A stretch of 64,000 nt of DNA from Escherichia coli (GCF_044324875.1 NZ_CP172185.1); one strand, 5' to 3'. Positions 10,917 to 21,890 are shown, counted from the first letter of the stretch. The notes: generated by a model from the letters alone, not told the origin. Translations and numbers: made by a program.

Positions 10917-11951
10917 ATGAAAATTCGCATAATGCTATTTATATTAATGATGATGGTTATGCCAGAGAGCTATGCGGCATGTTATGGCGTGTTGTCAGCA
11001 CAGCATAATTTGGTTGTTCAGGGGGATTTTACGCTAACTCAAAATCAAACAGCAACTCATACATATACTTTTAATGATACTTCTTGCGTCAGTACTAATA
11101 CAATAGCGCAGATAGACCCCTCGGATATTGTGATTGGACTCTATAATGACACCATCAAACTTAAGTTGCATTTTGAATGGGAGAAAAAAGGTAGCATCAC
11201 GCTTTCAAATAACCAAACTAGTTTTACGAGTGGATATAATGTCACTGTGACATCGGCAGCGAGCGATGCCATAGTGAATTTGTCTGGTGGGGGAAGTGGA
11301 TCTCTCATGATTAATAGTGTCGCGACATTAAGCAGTGCTTCATCATCTACTCGTTTGGCTGCTTTTTTACAATTTGCAGGTTGTTTTCTAGGCGGCACCT
11401 CATGGGATACCTGTGTGCAAAACTATAAAAATGCATTATCAAAAAATGCCGGTATCTATTCCTTTAATCTGGCATTGTCATATAACCCGATAACCACAAC
11501 CTGCAAACCGGACGATTTATTAATTACTTTAGAGAGTATTCCCGATTCACAATTACCAGCCACAGGTAACAAAGCAACAATAAATAGTAACAAAGGGGAT
11601 ATTGTTCTGCGTTGTAAAAACTTATTAGGTCAACAAAATCAAACATCACGGAAAATGCAGGTGTATTTATCAAGTTCTGACTTGTTAACCAACAGCAACA
11701 CGATACTGAAAGGTGCGGAAGATAATGGCGTAGGATTTATTCTTGAAAGTAATGGTTCGCCAGTCACACTTTTAAATATCACTAACAGCAGTAAAGGATA
11801 CACAAATTTAAAAGAAATTGCGGCAAAGTCAAAACTTCCAGATACAACGGTTTCAATTCCGATAACAGCCAGTTACTACGTCTACGATACAAACAAAGTT
11901 AAATCTGGCGCACTGGAGGCAACCGCATTAATCAACGTGAAATACGACTAA
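10917..11951 (+). CDS. yehA: Fimbrial adhesin-like tip protein
   Basis: 344-aa ORF with signal peptide, last gene of the chaperone-usher cluster. Confidence 0.85.
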   Translation: MKIRIMLFILMMMVMPESYAACYGVLSAQHNLVVQGDFTLTQNQTATHTYTFNDTSCVSTNTIAQIDPSDIVIGLYNDTIKLKLHFEWEKKGSITLSNNQTSFTSGYNVTVTSAASDAIVNLSGGGSGSLMINSVATLSSASSSTRLAAFLQFAGCFLGGTSWDTCVQNYKNALSKNAGIYSFNLALSYNPITTTCKPDDLLITLESIPDSQLPATGNKATINSNKGDIVLRCKNLLGQQNQTSRKMQVYLSSSDLLTNSNTILKGAEDNGVGFILESNGSPVTLLNITNSSKGYTNLKEIAAKSKLPDTTVSIPITASYYVYDTNKVKSGALEATALINVKYD

Positions 11952-12006
11952 TAACAAGCAAGACGAGCAAGTGACTAATAATAAAAATAATAAGGTATCT
12001 GCATTT

Positions 12007-12034
12007 CCCCCTCTCTTCGAGGGGGCTTTTTTTT
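12007..12034 (+). terminator. Rho-independent terminator of the yeh operon
   Basis: ccccctc(tcttc)gaggggg hairpin followed by T9. Confidence 0.7.
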
Positions 12035-12371
12035 AGCGATGATAAAAAATCTCACCGTCGTAGGCTTTAATGATTTTACCGTCGGTGTCGCTGATCAACA
12101 CGTACGCGCCACCCATATAGGTCCAGTGCGTCCCGGCATCAGGCGCGGGCAGGTTACGTAACTGCCACTGCTTAATGTTGTACTCATCGGTGCGGTACAT
12201 CTCTGGGACGGTATCGCCTGGTTTGAAATGCTTAAAGTCAGCAATGAAACTGCTTAACTCATACTTAGAAATTCCCGAGGTATTGGTCGAACCCGCGGTG
12301 GCTGGTGCGGCCCAGGCGGCACTGGTAACCAGCAAAAGCGCACCCAGCAACATCTTATTTTTAATGGTCAT
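12033..12371 (-). CDS. rcnB: Periplasmic Ni/Co homeostasis protein RcnB
   Basis: ORF track gives 12033..12551; start taken at internal MTIKNKMLLGALLLVTSAAWA (signal peptide), giving 112 aa. Confidence 0.85.
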   Translation of the reverse strand: MTIKNKMLLGALLLVTSAAWAAPATAGSTNTSGISKYELSSFIADFKHFKPGDTVPEMYRTDEYNIKQWQLRNLPAPDAGTHWTYMGGAYVLISDTDGKIIKAYDGEIFYHR

Positions 12372-12589
12372 AAACTCTCCACTTTGGGGATCTGTAATAT
12401 CAGTCGCATATCTTTCCTGCCATACAATATAACTGACAAGCGATATTTTGTTAGTGATCCCATGATTTCGTAAAAAGTGTAAATGAAAGGATGCCTTAAA
12501 AGCATCCTTAGCGAGCAGAGAGTCAGCGGAAATAGCTGATTTAAGAATCATCCTGGGCTGAAGATAACATGCAAGCCTAAAGGATTGAG

Positions 12590-13420
12590 TTATCGCATTA
12601 TGCCCATAAAGCCATGCACACCCATATACACACCAACTAAGCCAATCAACAGACTGGAAAAATAGGGGGCGCGTTTAGCGAGAGTGTTAAATCCGCCCCA
12701 GCGTTTTGCAACCTGCTGAACGCTGATTGCTGCGCCAACGCCTACGGTGACCAGCGTTAACGCCAGGCCGATGCTGAAACTGACGACCAGTGTTGCGCCC
12801 AGTGTCAGGGCTTTCAACTGAATGCAAATCAACAGCACGGTAATTGCTGCCGGGCAGGGGATAAGGCCACCGGTTAAGCCAAATAACAAAATTTGCCAGT
12901 TGGTGACCTCTCTACCATCAAAGCGTCGTTTAATGTCATTGGCATGGGCTCGTGCATGAGCATCCTGATACTCCCAGTGTTCGTGATGGTGATGATGTCC
13001 ATGGTCGTGGTGATCTTCGTGATCGTGATGACGGTGATGATGCTCATGATCATGCCCGTGCATATTCTCCAGCCAGTTGCGTTCGCCGCGCCAGGTACGC
13101 CAGAACATCCAGAACGCGGTGCCAATAATGATCACCGCGGAAATCAACTGGAGCCACGGTTCCGCCGACTGCGCAGTAAAGCGTTTGCTGATCACCATCC
13201 CGCCAAAGGCAATTAACCAGACCACTGCGGTATGCGAAATAGTTGCTGCCAGTCCGAGCATCACCGCCTGTTTAATGGTGCCTTTGATGGCGATGATAAA
13301 CGCCGCCATCATCGTTTTTGAGTGCCCTGGTTCCAGGCCATGAAGCGCACCAAGTAAGATGGTGCTGGGGATGAAGAACCAGGCGTTTCCTTGCTGAAGA
13401 AGAGTGGTAAATTCGGTCAT
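12590..13420 (-). CDS. rcnA: Nickel/cobalt efflux pump RcnA
   Basis: 276-aa membrane protein with His-rich loop HDHEHHHRHHDHEDHHDHGHHHHHEH (NicO family). Confidence 0.93.
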   Translation of the reverse strand: MTEFTTLLQQGNAWFFIPSTILLGALHGLEPGHSKTMMAAFIIAIKGTIKQAVMLGLAATISHTAVVWLIAFGGMVISKRFTAQSAEPWLQLISAVIIIGTAFWMFWRTWRGERNWLENMHGHDHEHHHRHHDHEDHHDHGHHHHHEHWEYQDAHARAHANDIKRRFDGREVTNWQILLFGLTGGLIPCPAAITVLLICIQLKALTLGATLVVSFSIGLALTLVTVGVGAAISVQQVAKRWGGFNTLAKRAPYFSSLLIGLVGVYMGVHGFMGIMR

Positions 13421-13457
13421 GATAATAATTCTTAGTATTAATTCGGCAATCCGATTC

Positions 13458-13472
13458 TACTCCCCCCCAGTA
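13458..13472 (+). promoter_or_regulatory. RcnR operator site 1 (TACT-C7-AGTA)
   Basis: tactcccccccagta in the rcnA–rcnR divergent intergenic region; matches the G/C-tract inverted-repeat operator type of RcnR. Confidence 0.7.
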
Positions 13473-13477
13473 CCTGA

Positions 13478-13492
13478 TACTACCCCCCAGTA
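13478..13492 (+). promoter_or_regulatory. RcnR operator site 2 (TACT-A-C6-AGTA)
   Basis: tactaccccccagta, 6 bp downstream of site 1. Confidence 0.7.
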
Positions 13493-13540
13493 GATTAATA
13501 GTGCTATGATTTTTCATGTTCTTGTTAACCAGGTGTTGCC

Positions 13541-13813
13541 ATGTCTCATACAATCCGTGATAAACAGAAACTGAAAGCGCGTGCCAGTAAGATTCAGGGC
13601 CAGGTCGTGGCGCTCAAGAAAATGCTCGACGAGCCGCACGAATGCGCTGCATTTTTACAACAGATTGCTGCTATCCGTGGCGCGGTAAACGGTCTGATGC
13701 GGGAAGTGATTAAAGGTCATCTGACGGAACACATCGTTCACCAGGGGGATGAGCTAAAACGTGAAGAAGATCTGGATGTCGTTCTGAAGGTGCTGGATTC
13801 TTATATCAAATAA
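13541..13813 (+). CDS. rcnR: Ni/Co-responsive repressor RcnR (CsoR/RcnR family)
   Basis: 90-aa [45 protein letters not shown]... Confidence 0.93.
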   Translation: MSHTIRDKQKLKARASKIQGQVVALKKMLDEPHECAAFLQQIAAIRGAVNGLMREVIKGHLTEHIVHQGDELKREEDLDVVLKVLDSYIK

Positions 13814-13884
13814 TTTATTAACGCGATTGTAAAACTGCGGTTTTTCCTCGTTTACAACGCGTGCGCTGGACATTACCATCCTCC

Positions 13885-14035
13885 TCTGCGATTTATCATC
13901 GCAACCAAACGACTCGGGGTGCCCTTCTGCGTGAAGGCTGAGAAATACCCGTATCACCTGATCTGGATAATGCCAGCGTAGGGAAGTCACGGACCACCAG
14001 GTCATTGCTTCTTCACGTTATGGCAGGAGCAAACT
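13885..14035 (+). promoter_or_regulatory. TPP riboswitch (THI-box) in the thiM leader
   Basis: ggggtgcccttctgcgtgaaggctgagaaatacccgtatcacctgatctggataatgccagcgtagggaagtc (13916-13988) matches the thiM THI element; located directly upstream of thiM; 5' boundary approximate. Confidence 0.85.
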
Positions 14036-14824
14036 ATGCAAGTCGACCTGCTGAGTTCCGCGCAATCTGCGCACGCGTTACATCTTTTTCACCAACATTC
14101 CCCTCTTGTGCACTGCATGACCAACGATGTGGTGCAAACCTTTACTGCCAATACCTTGCTGGCGCTCGGTGCATCGCCAGCGATGGTTATCGAAACCGAA
14201 GAGGCCAGTCAGTTTGCGGCTATCGCCAGTGCGTTGCTGATTAACGTTGGCACGCTGACGCAGCAACGCGCACAGGCGATGCGTGCCGCTGTTGAACAGG
14301 CAAAACGCTCTCAAACACCCTGGACGCTTGATCCGGTCGCGGTTGGCGCACTCGATTATCGCCGCCGCTTTTGTCATGACCTTTTATCGTTAAAGCCTGC
14401 TGCCATACGCGGTAATGCTTCGGAAATAATGGCATTAGCAGGCATCGCCAATGGTGGTCGTGGTGTGGATACTACTGACGCCGCCGCCAACGCATTGCCC
14501 GCCGCACAAACTCTGGCAAGTGAAACAGGGGCTGTCATCGTGGTCACTGGCGAGGTGGATTATGTTACCGATGGTCGTCGCACCGTTGGCATTCACGGTG
14601 GCGATCCGCTAATGACCAGAGTGGTAGGAACTGGCTGTGCATTATCGGCGGTTGTCGCTGCCTGTTGTGCGCTACCAGGCGATACGCTGGAAAATATCGC
14701 ATCTGCCTGTCACTGGATGAAACAAGCCGGAGAACGCGCAGTCGCCAGTAGCGAGGGGCCAGGCAGTTTTGTTCCACATTTCCTTGATGCGCTCTGGCAA
14801 TTGACGCAGGAGGTGCAGGCGTGA
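14036..14824 (+). CDS. thiM: Hydroxyethylthiazole kinase
   Basis: 262-aa ORF downstream of THI-box; overlaps thiD start by 4 nt. Confidence 0.93.
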   Translation: MQVDLLSSAQSAHALHLFHQHSPLVHCMTNDVVQTFTANTLLALGASPAMVIETEEASQFAAIASALLINVGTLTQQRAQAMRAAVEQAKRSQTPWTLDPVAVGALDYRRRFCHDLLSLKPAAIRGNASEIMALAGIANGGRGVDTTDAAANALPAAQTLASETGAVIVVTGEVDYVTDGRRTVGIHGGDPLMTRVVGTGCALSAVVAACCALPGDTLENIASACHWMKQAGERAVASSEGPGSFVPHFLDALWQLTQEVQA

Positions 14825-15621
14825 AACGAATTAACGCTCTGACGATTGCCGGTACTGATCCGAGTGGTGGTGCGGGGATTCAGGCCGATCTTAAAACCTT
14901 CTCGGCACTTGGCGCTTATGGTTGCTCAGTGATTACTGCACTGGTGGCGCAAAATACCCGTGGCGTACAGTCGGTGTATCGCATTGAGCCTGATTTTGTC
15001 GCCGCCCAGCTCGATTCGGTGTTCAGCGATGTGCGAATCGACACCACTAAAATCGGTATGTTGGCGGAAACCGATATTGTTGAAGCGGTGGCAGAACGGT
15101 TGCAACGTTATCAGATCCAAAACGTGGTACTCGACACCGTTATGCTGGCAAAAAGCGGCGACCCACTGCTTTCACCTTCGGCAGTTGCCACGCTACGCAG
15201 TCGATTATTGCCACAGGTTTCATTAATAACGCCAAACTTGCCCGAAGCAGCCGCCTTGCTCGACGCGGCACACGCGCGCACCGAACAGGAAATGCTGGAA
15301 CAAGGGCGATCGCTGTTGGCGATGGGCTGTGGCGCAGTGCTAATGAAAGGTGGTCATCTGGATGATGAGCAAAGCCCGGACTGGCTGTTTACTCGCGAGG
15401 GAGAACAACGATTTACTGCACCGCGCATTATGACCAAAAACACCCACGGCACTGGTTGTACGCTCTCTGCGGCGTTGGCTGCACTACGCCCGCGCCATAC
15501 AAACTGGGCTGACACCGTACAGGAGGCAAAAAGCTGGCTTTCATCGGCGTTAGCCCAGGCCGACACGCTGGAAGTTGGTCACGGTATTGGTCCGGTTCAC
15601 CACTTCCACGCCTGGTGGTGA
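14821..15621 (+). CDS. thiD: Hydroxymethylpyrimidine / phosphomethylpyrimidine kinase
   Basis: 266-aa ORF, PfkB-like ribokinase fold, operon partner of thiM. Confidence 0.93.
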   Translation: MKRINALTIAGTDPSGGAGIQADLKTFSALGAYGCSVITALVAQNTRGVQSVYRIEPDFVAAQLDSVFSDVRIDTTKIGMLAETDIVEAVAERLQRYQIQNVVLDTVMLAKSGDPLLSPSAVATLRSRLLPQVSLITPNLPEAAALLDAAHARTEQEMLEQGRSLLAMGCGAVLMKGGHLDDEQSPDWLFTREGEQRFTAPRIMTKNTHGTGCTLSAALAALRPRHTNWADTVQEAKSWLSSALAQADTLEVGHGIGPVHHFHAWW

Positions 15622-15676
15622 GCACCGTACTATAGCTGCTTTGGTTATTGTCAGCCTTTGGCACTGACATTCAGGG

Positions 15677-16504
15677 ATGAAACCAATGCAGCTAAGAATC
15701 ACCAGTCGAAAAAAACTCACCGCTTTATTATGCGCTCTTGGGCTAATTTCCATCGTTGCGATTCATCCGCGTCAGACGGTGAATTTTTTCTACTCGACAG
15801 CAATTCAGATTAAAGACTACATCCACTTCTACGGTTATCGTCCGGTCAAATCTTTTGCTATTCGCATTCCTGCCAGTTACACCATTCATGGTATTGATGT
15901 TTCACGCTGGCAGGAGCGAATCGACTGGCAGCGGGTGGCACAAATGCGCGATAACGGTATTCGCTTGCAGTTTGCTTTTATTAAGGCTACGGAAGGCGAA
16001 AAGCTGGTGGACCCCTATTTTTCGCGTAACTGGCAACTAAGCCGCGAAAATGGCCTGCTGCGCGGGGCGTATCATTATTTTTCCCCGTCGGTATCCGCTT
16101 CAGTTCAGGCGAGATTATTTCTGCAAACGGTGGATTTCTCACAAGGCGATTTCCCTGCCGTGCTGGACGTAGAAGAACGGGGAAAATTATCGGCAAAAGA
16201 ATTACGCAAGCGGGTAAGTCAGTGGCTAAAAATGGTCGAAAAACGCACGGCAAAAAAGCCGATTATTTACTCAGGAGCCGTTTTTTATCACACGAATCTG
16301 GCGGGCTATTTTAATGAATATCCGTGGTGGGTGGCTCACTATTATCAACGTCGTCCGGACAATGACGGCATGGCATGGCGCTTCTGGCAGCATTCCGACC
16401 GTGGACAGGTAGATGGCATTAATGGTCCGGTGGATTTTAATGTGTTTAATGGCTCGGTGGAGGAGTTGCAGGTATTCGTTGATGGGATTAAAGAAACCCC
16501 TTAA
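15677..16504 (+). CDS. yegX: Glycoside hydrolase family 25 (lysozyme-like) protein
   Basis: 275-aa ORF with N-terminal hydrophobic segment; exact start (15677 vs 15686) uncertain. Confidence 0.8.
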   Translation: MKPMQLRITSRKKLTALLCALGLISIVAIHPRQTVNFFYSTAIQIKDYIHFYGYRPVKSFAIRIPASYTIHGIDVSRWQERIDWQRVAQMRDNGIRLQFAFIKATEGEKLVDPYFSRNWQLSRENGLLRGAYHYFSPSVSASVQARLFLQTVDFSQGDFPAVLDVEERGKLSAKELRKRVSQWLKMVEKRTAKKPIIYSGAVFYHTNLAGYFNEYPWWVAHYYQRRPDNDGMAWRFWQHSDRGQVDGINGPVDFNVFNGSVEELQVFVDGIKETP

Positions 16505-16555
16505 ATAAGAAGCAGTGATATACTCCCACCAGACTCCTTGGCAGGAAAAAGACAA

Positions 16556-17302
16556 ATGGAACAAGCGCATACCCAGCTGATTGCCCAACTGAACGAACGT
16601 ATTTTAGCGGCGGATAACACGCCGCTTTATATTAAGTTTGCCGAAACGGTAAAAAATGCCGTGCGCAGCGGGGTGCTGGAGCATGGCAATATTTTGCCCG
16701 GTGAGCGTGATTTAAGTCAGTTAACCGGCGTTTCGCGCATTACGGTGCGCAAGGCGATGCAGGTGCTGGAAGAAGAGGGCGTGGTGACGCGTTCGCGTGG
16801 TTACGGTACGCAGATCAACAACATCTTCGAATACTCGTTGAAAGAAGCGCGAGGTTTTTCTCAGCAGGTGGTATTGCGCGGGAAAAAGCCCGATACACTA
16901 TGGGTTAACAAGCGTGTCGTGAAATGTCCCGAAGAAGTCGCGCAGCAGCTAGCGGTCGAAGCAGGAAGTAATGTCTTTTTGCTTAAGCGTATTCGCTATG
17001 TCGATGAAGAAGCGGTATCAATTGAGGAATCGTGGGTTCCTGCGCATTTAATTCATGATGTTGATGCCATCGGAATTTCTCTTTATGACTACTTCCGCAG
17101 CCAGCACATTTACCCACAACGTACGCGTTCCCGCGTTAGCGCCCGGATGCCGGATGCCGAGTTTCAGTCACATATTCAGTTAGATAGCAAAATACCGGTG
17201 CTGGTGATCAAGCAAGTGGCGCTTGACCAACAGCAACGGCCTATTGAGTACAGCATCAGCCACTGTCGCAGCGATCTATACGTTTTTGTGTGCGAGGAGT
17301 AG
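16556..17302 (+). CDS. yegW: GntR/HutC-family transcriptional regulator
   Basis: ORF 16538..17302; N-terminal GntR HTH (GERDLSQLTGVSRITVRKAMQVLEEEG) plus UTRA-like C-terminus; start taken at MEQAHTQL. Confidence 0.85.
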   Translation: MEQAHTQLIAQLNERILAADNTPLYIKFAETVKNAVRSGVLEHGNILPGERDLSQLTGVSRITVRKAMQVLEEEGVVTRSRGYGTQINNIFEYSLKEARGFSQQVVLRGKKPDTLWVNKRVVKCPEEVAQQLAVEAGSNVFLLKRIRYVDEEAVSIEESWVPAHLIHDVDAIGISLYDYFRSQHIYPQRTRSRVSARMPDAEFQSHIQLDSKIPVLVIKQVALDQQQRPIEYSISHCRSDLYVFVCEE

Positions 17303-18241
17303 TTCCTCGCGCGTTGGCGCACAATCACCGCCCCGATGCCCGACAACCCACGACGCCACTGCATTGCCCAGTAATACAGCATCCGCCAGTGGCAGACCAG
17401 AGGCCAGCCCGGCAAGTACGCCACCTGCATGACTGTCGCCCGCCCCAATGGTGTCTACAACTTGCGTTGGAAATGCCGGAATGCAGCCAGAAGCGTCGTT
17501 GCTGAAATACCATGCGCCCTCTTTATCGAGACGAATGATCAACGGCGCGGCAAATTTCTCCTGCCATTGCTTGCCAAGTGTTGTTATCTCTGCGGATAAA
17601 GCAAAACGTTCGGCGGCAATCTCAGCCTCTTGACGATTGAGTGATACTAAAGGTCGACAGGCCATGATCCGCGCCAGTAATGCGTCCGGGATATCGCCGA
17701 TACGTGGGCCAAAATCGATAAACGGCGTCACGTCTTGCAGCTCTTCCAGCCATTCCACTAACAATTCGCCGCAGAGCGAGGCCAGTTGATAACCGGAAAA
17801 ATAGAGCAGGCTGCCAGGCGCAACGGTTAATCGTGCCAACCATTGGCGATTCCATTGATTTTCCACGCCGCTGAATGACATAAAAGTGCGTTCGCCATCC
17901 GGCTCAACCAGCGCCAGACACCAGCCGTTATCACCTTCGGCGTTATCGATCAGGCTGATTAAGTCCTCTTTTGCCATCCGGTTGCGAATAATCTCCGCCC
18001 AAACCCCCTGACCGAGCGGCAAGGCATTACCCGCTTCGATGCCGAGGCGCTTTAACGCCACGGCAATATTCAGTGCGCAGCCGCCAACGTTAACGCTCTG
18101 CTGTTTCAGTTCGATATCGCACCCACGCCAGGGGAGAGCATAAGCGTCGGCGATCACATCAATGACCGCCGCGCCAATCACCATAACTGGCTGACGCGTG
18201 GTTAATTCAGGCAGCAGCGTGTGTAATCGAGCGCCGCTCAT
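17276..18241 (-). CDS. yegV: PfkB-family carbohydrate/nucleoside kinase
   Basis: 321-aa ORF; PfkB signature DTIGAGDSHAGG; 3' end overlaps yegW 3' end (convergent). Confidence 0.85.
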   Translation of the reverse strand: MSGARLHTLLPELTTRQPVMVIGAAVIDVIADAYALPWRGCDIELKQQSVNVGGCALNIAVALKRLGIEAGNALPLGQGVWAEIIRNRMAKEDLISLIDNAEGDNGWCLALVEPDGERTFMSFSGVENQWNRQWLARLTVAPGSLLYFSGYQLASLCGELLVEWLEELQDVTPFIDFGPRIGDIPDALLARIMACRPLVSLNRQEAEIAAERFALSAEITTLGKQWQEKFAAPLIIRLDKEGAWYFSNDASGCIPAFPTQVVDTIGAGDSHAGGVLAGLASGLPLADAVLLGNAVASWVVGHRGGDCAPTREELLLAHKNV

Positions 18242-19242
18242 ACCGCCTCCCGTTGTTGACGATATTTCGCCAGCGCTGTGGCATAGCGGTTGAAATCAAG
18301 CTGATTTACCGCATCCAGCTCCGCCTTTAACGCAGGATCGATAGCGTTAATGCCATGCAACGCGCCGCAGATTGCCGTCGCCATAGCACCGATGGTGTCT
18401 GTATCGCCGCCAAGGTTAGCGCACAGGACGGCGCAACGGTTCGGGTCGGTTTGTGCCAGTTCAACCAGCGCAATGGCGCACGGAACGGACTCAATAGTGC
18501 TGGTACCTGCGCCAACGACCTGGTAAAGCTGTTCGCTGGCGGATTCAGTGCCGTCGGCATTGCGCACAATTTTCAGCGCAATCTCCAGCCGCGCCGCCAG
18601 TGAGGCGCTGAACGTGGTCGTGCGTTTTTGCTGTGCATGTTGCGCAATTGAAGGCAGTGAATCAACAATCGCTGACCAGCTTTCTCCGTCAATGGCACGA
18701 GAAATCGCCCATGCGATGACTACCGCACCTGCAACTGCCAGATCGGATTTATGGGTCGGGCTCGACGCCAGCGCCACATCATCAATAAAGGAATCAACAT
18801 CACGCGCCGGAAGCAAACAACCTAATGGCGAGACGCGCATCGCTGCGCCGTTGGTCACGCCGTTGTTTTCCAGTTCAGCAACGGGTTTACCGTCGCGAAT
18901 GGCGTTGAGAGCAATCTTCGAGGTCGGACCTAGTACGTTTTTGTTAAAGGCATCGAAACGCAGCGCCCAGTCGAGAATATTACGCCCAATCAGATCCGGA
19001 TCGATCTTGCCTTTACGTTCCAGTAACGCATCCGCCAGACACAGCGCCATCGAGGTATCGTCGGTGAATTCGGCGCGGTTAAAATAACAGGCCGCGTTAT
19101 TCTCCTTTGGTCCAGGCAGAAAATGGTCAATCCAGCCAAAGTGTGCTTTAACGCGGCTGCGTGGCCAAAGCTCGGAGGGCATCCCCATCGCATCCCCTAA
19201 CGCCTGCCCATAAAGAGCACCGAGAATACGTTCTGTTTTCAT
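18238..19242 (-). CDS. yegU: ADP-ribosylglycohydrolase-family protein
   Basis: 334-aa ORF; 4-nt overlap with yegV start and yegT stop (operon yegTUV). Confidence 0.85.
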   Translation of the reverse strand: MKTERILGALYGQALGDAMGMPSELWPRSRVKAHFGWIDHFLPGPKENNAACYFNRAEFTDDTSMALCLADALLERKGKIDPDLIGRNILDWALRFDAFNKNVLGPTSKIALNAIRDGKPVAELENNGVTNGAAMRVSPLGCLLPARDVDSFIDDVALASSPTHKSDLAVAGAVVIAWAISRAIDGESWSAIVDSLPSIAQHAQQKRTTTFSASLAARLEIALKIVRNADGTESASEQLYQVVGAGTSTIESVPCAIALVELAQTDPNRCAVLCANLGGDTDTIGAMATAICGALHGINAIDPALKAELDAVNQLDFNRYATALAKYRQQREAV

Positions 19243-20516
19243 TTAACTTCCCCTTGTGTCAACGCAATATCGCGATCATCGACCTTGATAGCCGTAATTT
19301 CGTTGTCGGATTCGCGGAAAAAAATCATGAACAGCACGGCGATAATGGCAATCATCACCGCGCCAAAAGTCCACATCCCGGACCAGTTGAAAGTCAGTCC
19401 GTTTACCGGTTCCTGATAAGCGAACATCTTTTCCATCATCACACCGCCAAGACGATAGCCGAGCAAACTGCCGAAGCCCTGGCAGCAGAGTGTGATCAGC
19501 CCCTGCGCGGCGGTACGCATATGCACGGGGGCTTTTTTATCGACATAGATGTAAGCGGTAACGTAGTAAAAATCGTAACTTACGCCGTGCAGCAAAATGC
19601 CGAGGAACAGTAACGCGTAGGTGAAATATTCATCCGCACTACCGTAAATAAAGAAGCCATAGCGGATCGCAGCGGTGACCAGACCAAGTAATAATACCTT
19701 TTTGATACCAAAGCGTTTGGTGAAAAACGGCAATGCCAGCATAAAGAAGATTTCAGAGAACTGGCCGAGCGTCATCCAGCCAGTGGCGTTTTTCATACCG
19801 ACTTCGGTCAGATAACCGTTGGCAAAGATGTAATAGAACGCCAGTGGCATCGCAAACAGGAATGAACAGAAGAAAAAGACGAGGAAGTTTTTATCGCGCA
19901 GCAGGATCAGCGCATCCAGGCCGAGCATGACTTTAATGTCCATTTTGCCGGTGCTTTTTGGCGGCGTGTCGGGCAGGAAAAACGCAAACACACCGAGCAG
20001 AGCAGAACTTCAGGCGGTAATCAGCAGCGGGATGTTAGTCGGAGAGATATCGGCATAACCCAGCATTTGCGGCAAAAATCCACATGCAAGACCGGAGGCA
20101 ATCCAGCCGATAGTGCCCATCACACGAATGCGTGGGAAATCACGCTCCACATCCGGCACGTTGGCAAAAGCGATACTGTTAGTCAGCGCAATGGTCGGCA
20201 TATAGGTTAGCGAGTAGGCCAGCAGTAACGGGAAGAACCCGGCAAAAGTGGTCTGTTGCGCAGCGAAATACATCAACGCCGCACCAGCGAACATCAATAC
20301 CGCCAGCACTTTCTGCGCCGAGAAAAAGCGGTCAGTGATGGAGCCAACCAGAATTGGCGACAGGATCGCCGCAATGGCGGTACAGGCATACGACCAGCCA
20401 ATTTCTCCGGCACTAAAACCGCTTTTACTTAACCACAACCACAATGGCACAAACCACGCGCCCCAGATAAACCATTCAACAAACATCATGAACGACAGCT
20501 TTGCTGTTGTTTTCAT
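19239..20516 (-). pseudogene. yegT: Nucleoside:H+ symporter-family transporter yegT, interrupted by an in-frame TGA
   Basis: Two same-frame ORFs (20010..20516, 168 aa; 19239..19991, 250 aa) separated by TGA (plus-strand tca at 20010-20012); translation reads ...PLLITA*SSALLGVFAFFLPDTPPK... Confidence 0.75.
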
Positions 20517-20772
20517 CTTTTAATTCCTTCATGACAGGTAATGTAAGGTACGCGATGACAATACCATTTAATAATACCTTTTAAATACCTTTGCGGTGAA
20601 AACTTGACCGCGGTAACATTTTTTCTGATGAATCGAGCCAACAGAAAACGCTGAAAAAACATCCAAAAGATGGAAAAACTCGCCTGTAACGACCAGGATT
20701 ATGATTGCCCGCAAAAGGCGGGCCAGGACAATCCATAGCCGATATCCAATCGGAATTTACGGGAGCATAGTA

Positions 20773-21825
20773 ATGACAGATATTGCGCAGTTGCTTGGCA
20801 AAGACGCCGACAACCTTTTACAGCACCGTTGTATGACTATTCCTTCTGACCAGCTTTATCTCCCCGGACATGACTACGTAGACCGCGTGATGATTGACAA
20901 TAATCGCCCGCCAGCGGTGTTACGTAATATGCAGACGTTGTACAACACTGGGCGTCTGGCTGGCACAGGATATCTTTCTATTCTGCCCGTTGACCAGGGC
21001 GTTGAGCACTCTGCCGGAGCTTCATTTGCCGCTAACCCGCTCTACTTTGACCCGAAAAACATTGTTGAACTGGCGATCGAAGCGGGCTGTAACTGTGTGG
21101 CGTCAACTTACGGCGTGCTGGCGTCGGTATCGCGGCGTTACGCGCATCGCATTCCATTCCTCGTCAAACTTAATCACAACGAGACGCTAAGTTACCCGAA
21201 TACCTACGATCAAACGCTGTATGCCAGCGTGGAGCAGGCGTTCAACATGGGCGCGGTGGCGGTTGGTGCGACTATCTATTTTGGCTCGGAAGAGTCACGT
21301 CGCCAGATTGAAGAAATTTCTGCGGCTTTTGAACGTGCGCACGAGCTGGGCATGGTGACAGTGCTGTGGGCCTATTTGCGTAACTCCGCCTTTAAGAAAG
21401 ATGGCGTTGATTACCATGTTTCCGCCGACCTGACTGGTCAGGCGAACCATCTGGCGGCAACCATAGGTGCAGATATCGTCAAACAAAAAATGGCTGAAAA
21501 TAACGGCGGCTATAAAGCGATTAATTACGGTTATACCGACGATCGCGTGTACAGCAAGTTGACCAGCGAAAACCCGATTGATCTGGTGCGTTATCAGTTA
21601 GCTAACTGCTATATGGGCCGCGCAGGGTTGATAAACTCCGGCGGTGCTGCAGGCGGTGAAACTGACCTCAGCGATGCAGTGCGTACTGCGGTTATCAACA
21701 AACGCGCTGGCGGAATGGGGCTGATTCTTGGACGTAAGGCGTTCAAGAAATCGATGGCTGACGGCGTGAAACTGATTAACGCCGTGCAGGACGTTTATCT
21801 CGATAGCAAAATTACTATCGCCTGA
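20773..21825 (+). CDS. fbaB: Class I fructose-bisphosphate aldolase
   Basis: ORF 20701..21825; start taken at [16 protein letters not shown] (350 aa). Confidence 0.9.
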
Positions 21826-21859
21826 TACGCCTTATACGAACAGCACTACCCCGTATGAC

Positions 21860-21890
21860 GGAAAAGGCGTTTACGTCGCATCCGGCATAA
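21860..21890. repeat. REP-like palindromic element
   Basis: gaaaaggcgtttacgtcgcatccggcat resembles REP consensus (gccggatgcgacg...). Confidence 0.45.

Noticed and set aside
12372-12551. N-terminal extension of rcnB in the ORF track (172 aa)
   Set aside because: Upstream in-frame ATG gives a non-signal N-terminus; internal start MTIKNKMLL gives a proper signal peptide and the expected 112-aa protein.
12950-13070. cat/cac/gat-rich nucleotide repeat
   Set aside because: This is the coding sequence of the His-rich loop of RcnA, not a CRISPR array or non-coding microsatellite.
18548-19087. 179-aa plus-strand ORF
   Set aside because: Antisense to yegU; shadow ORF.
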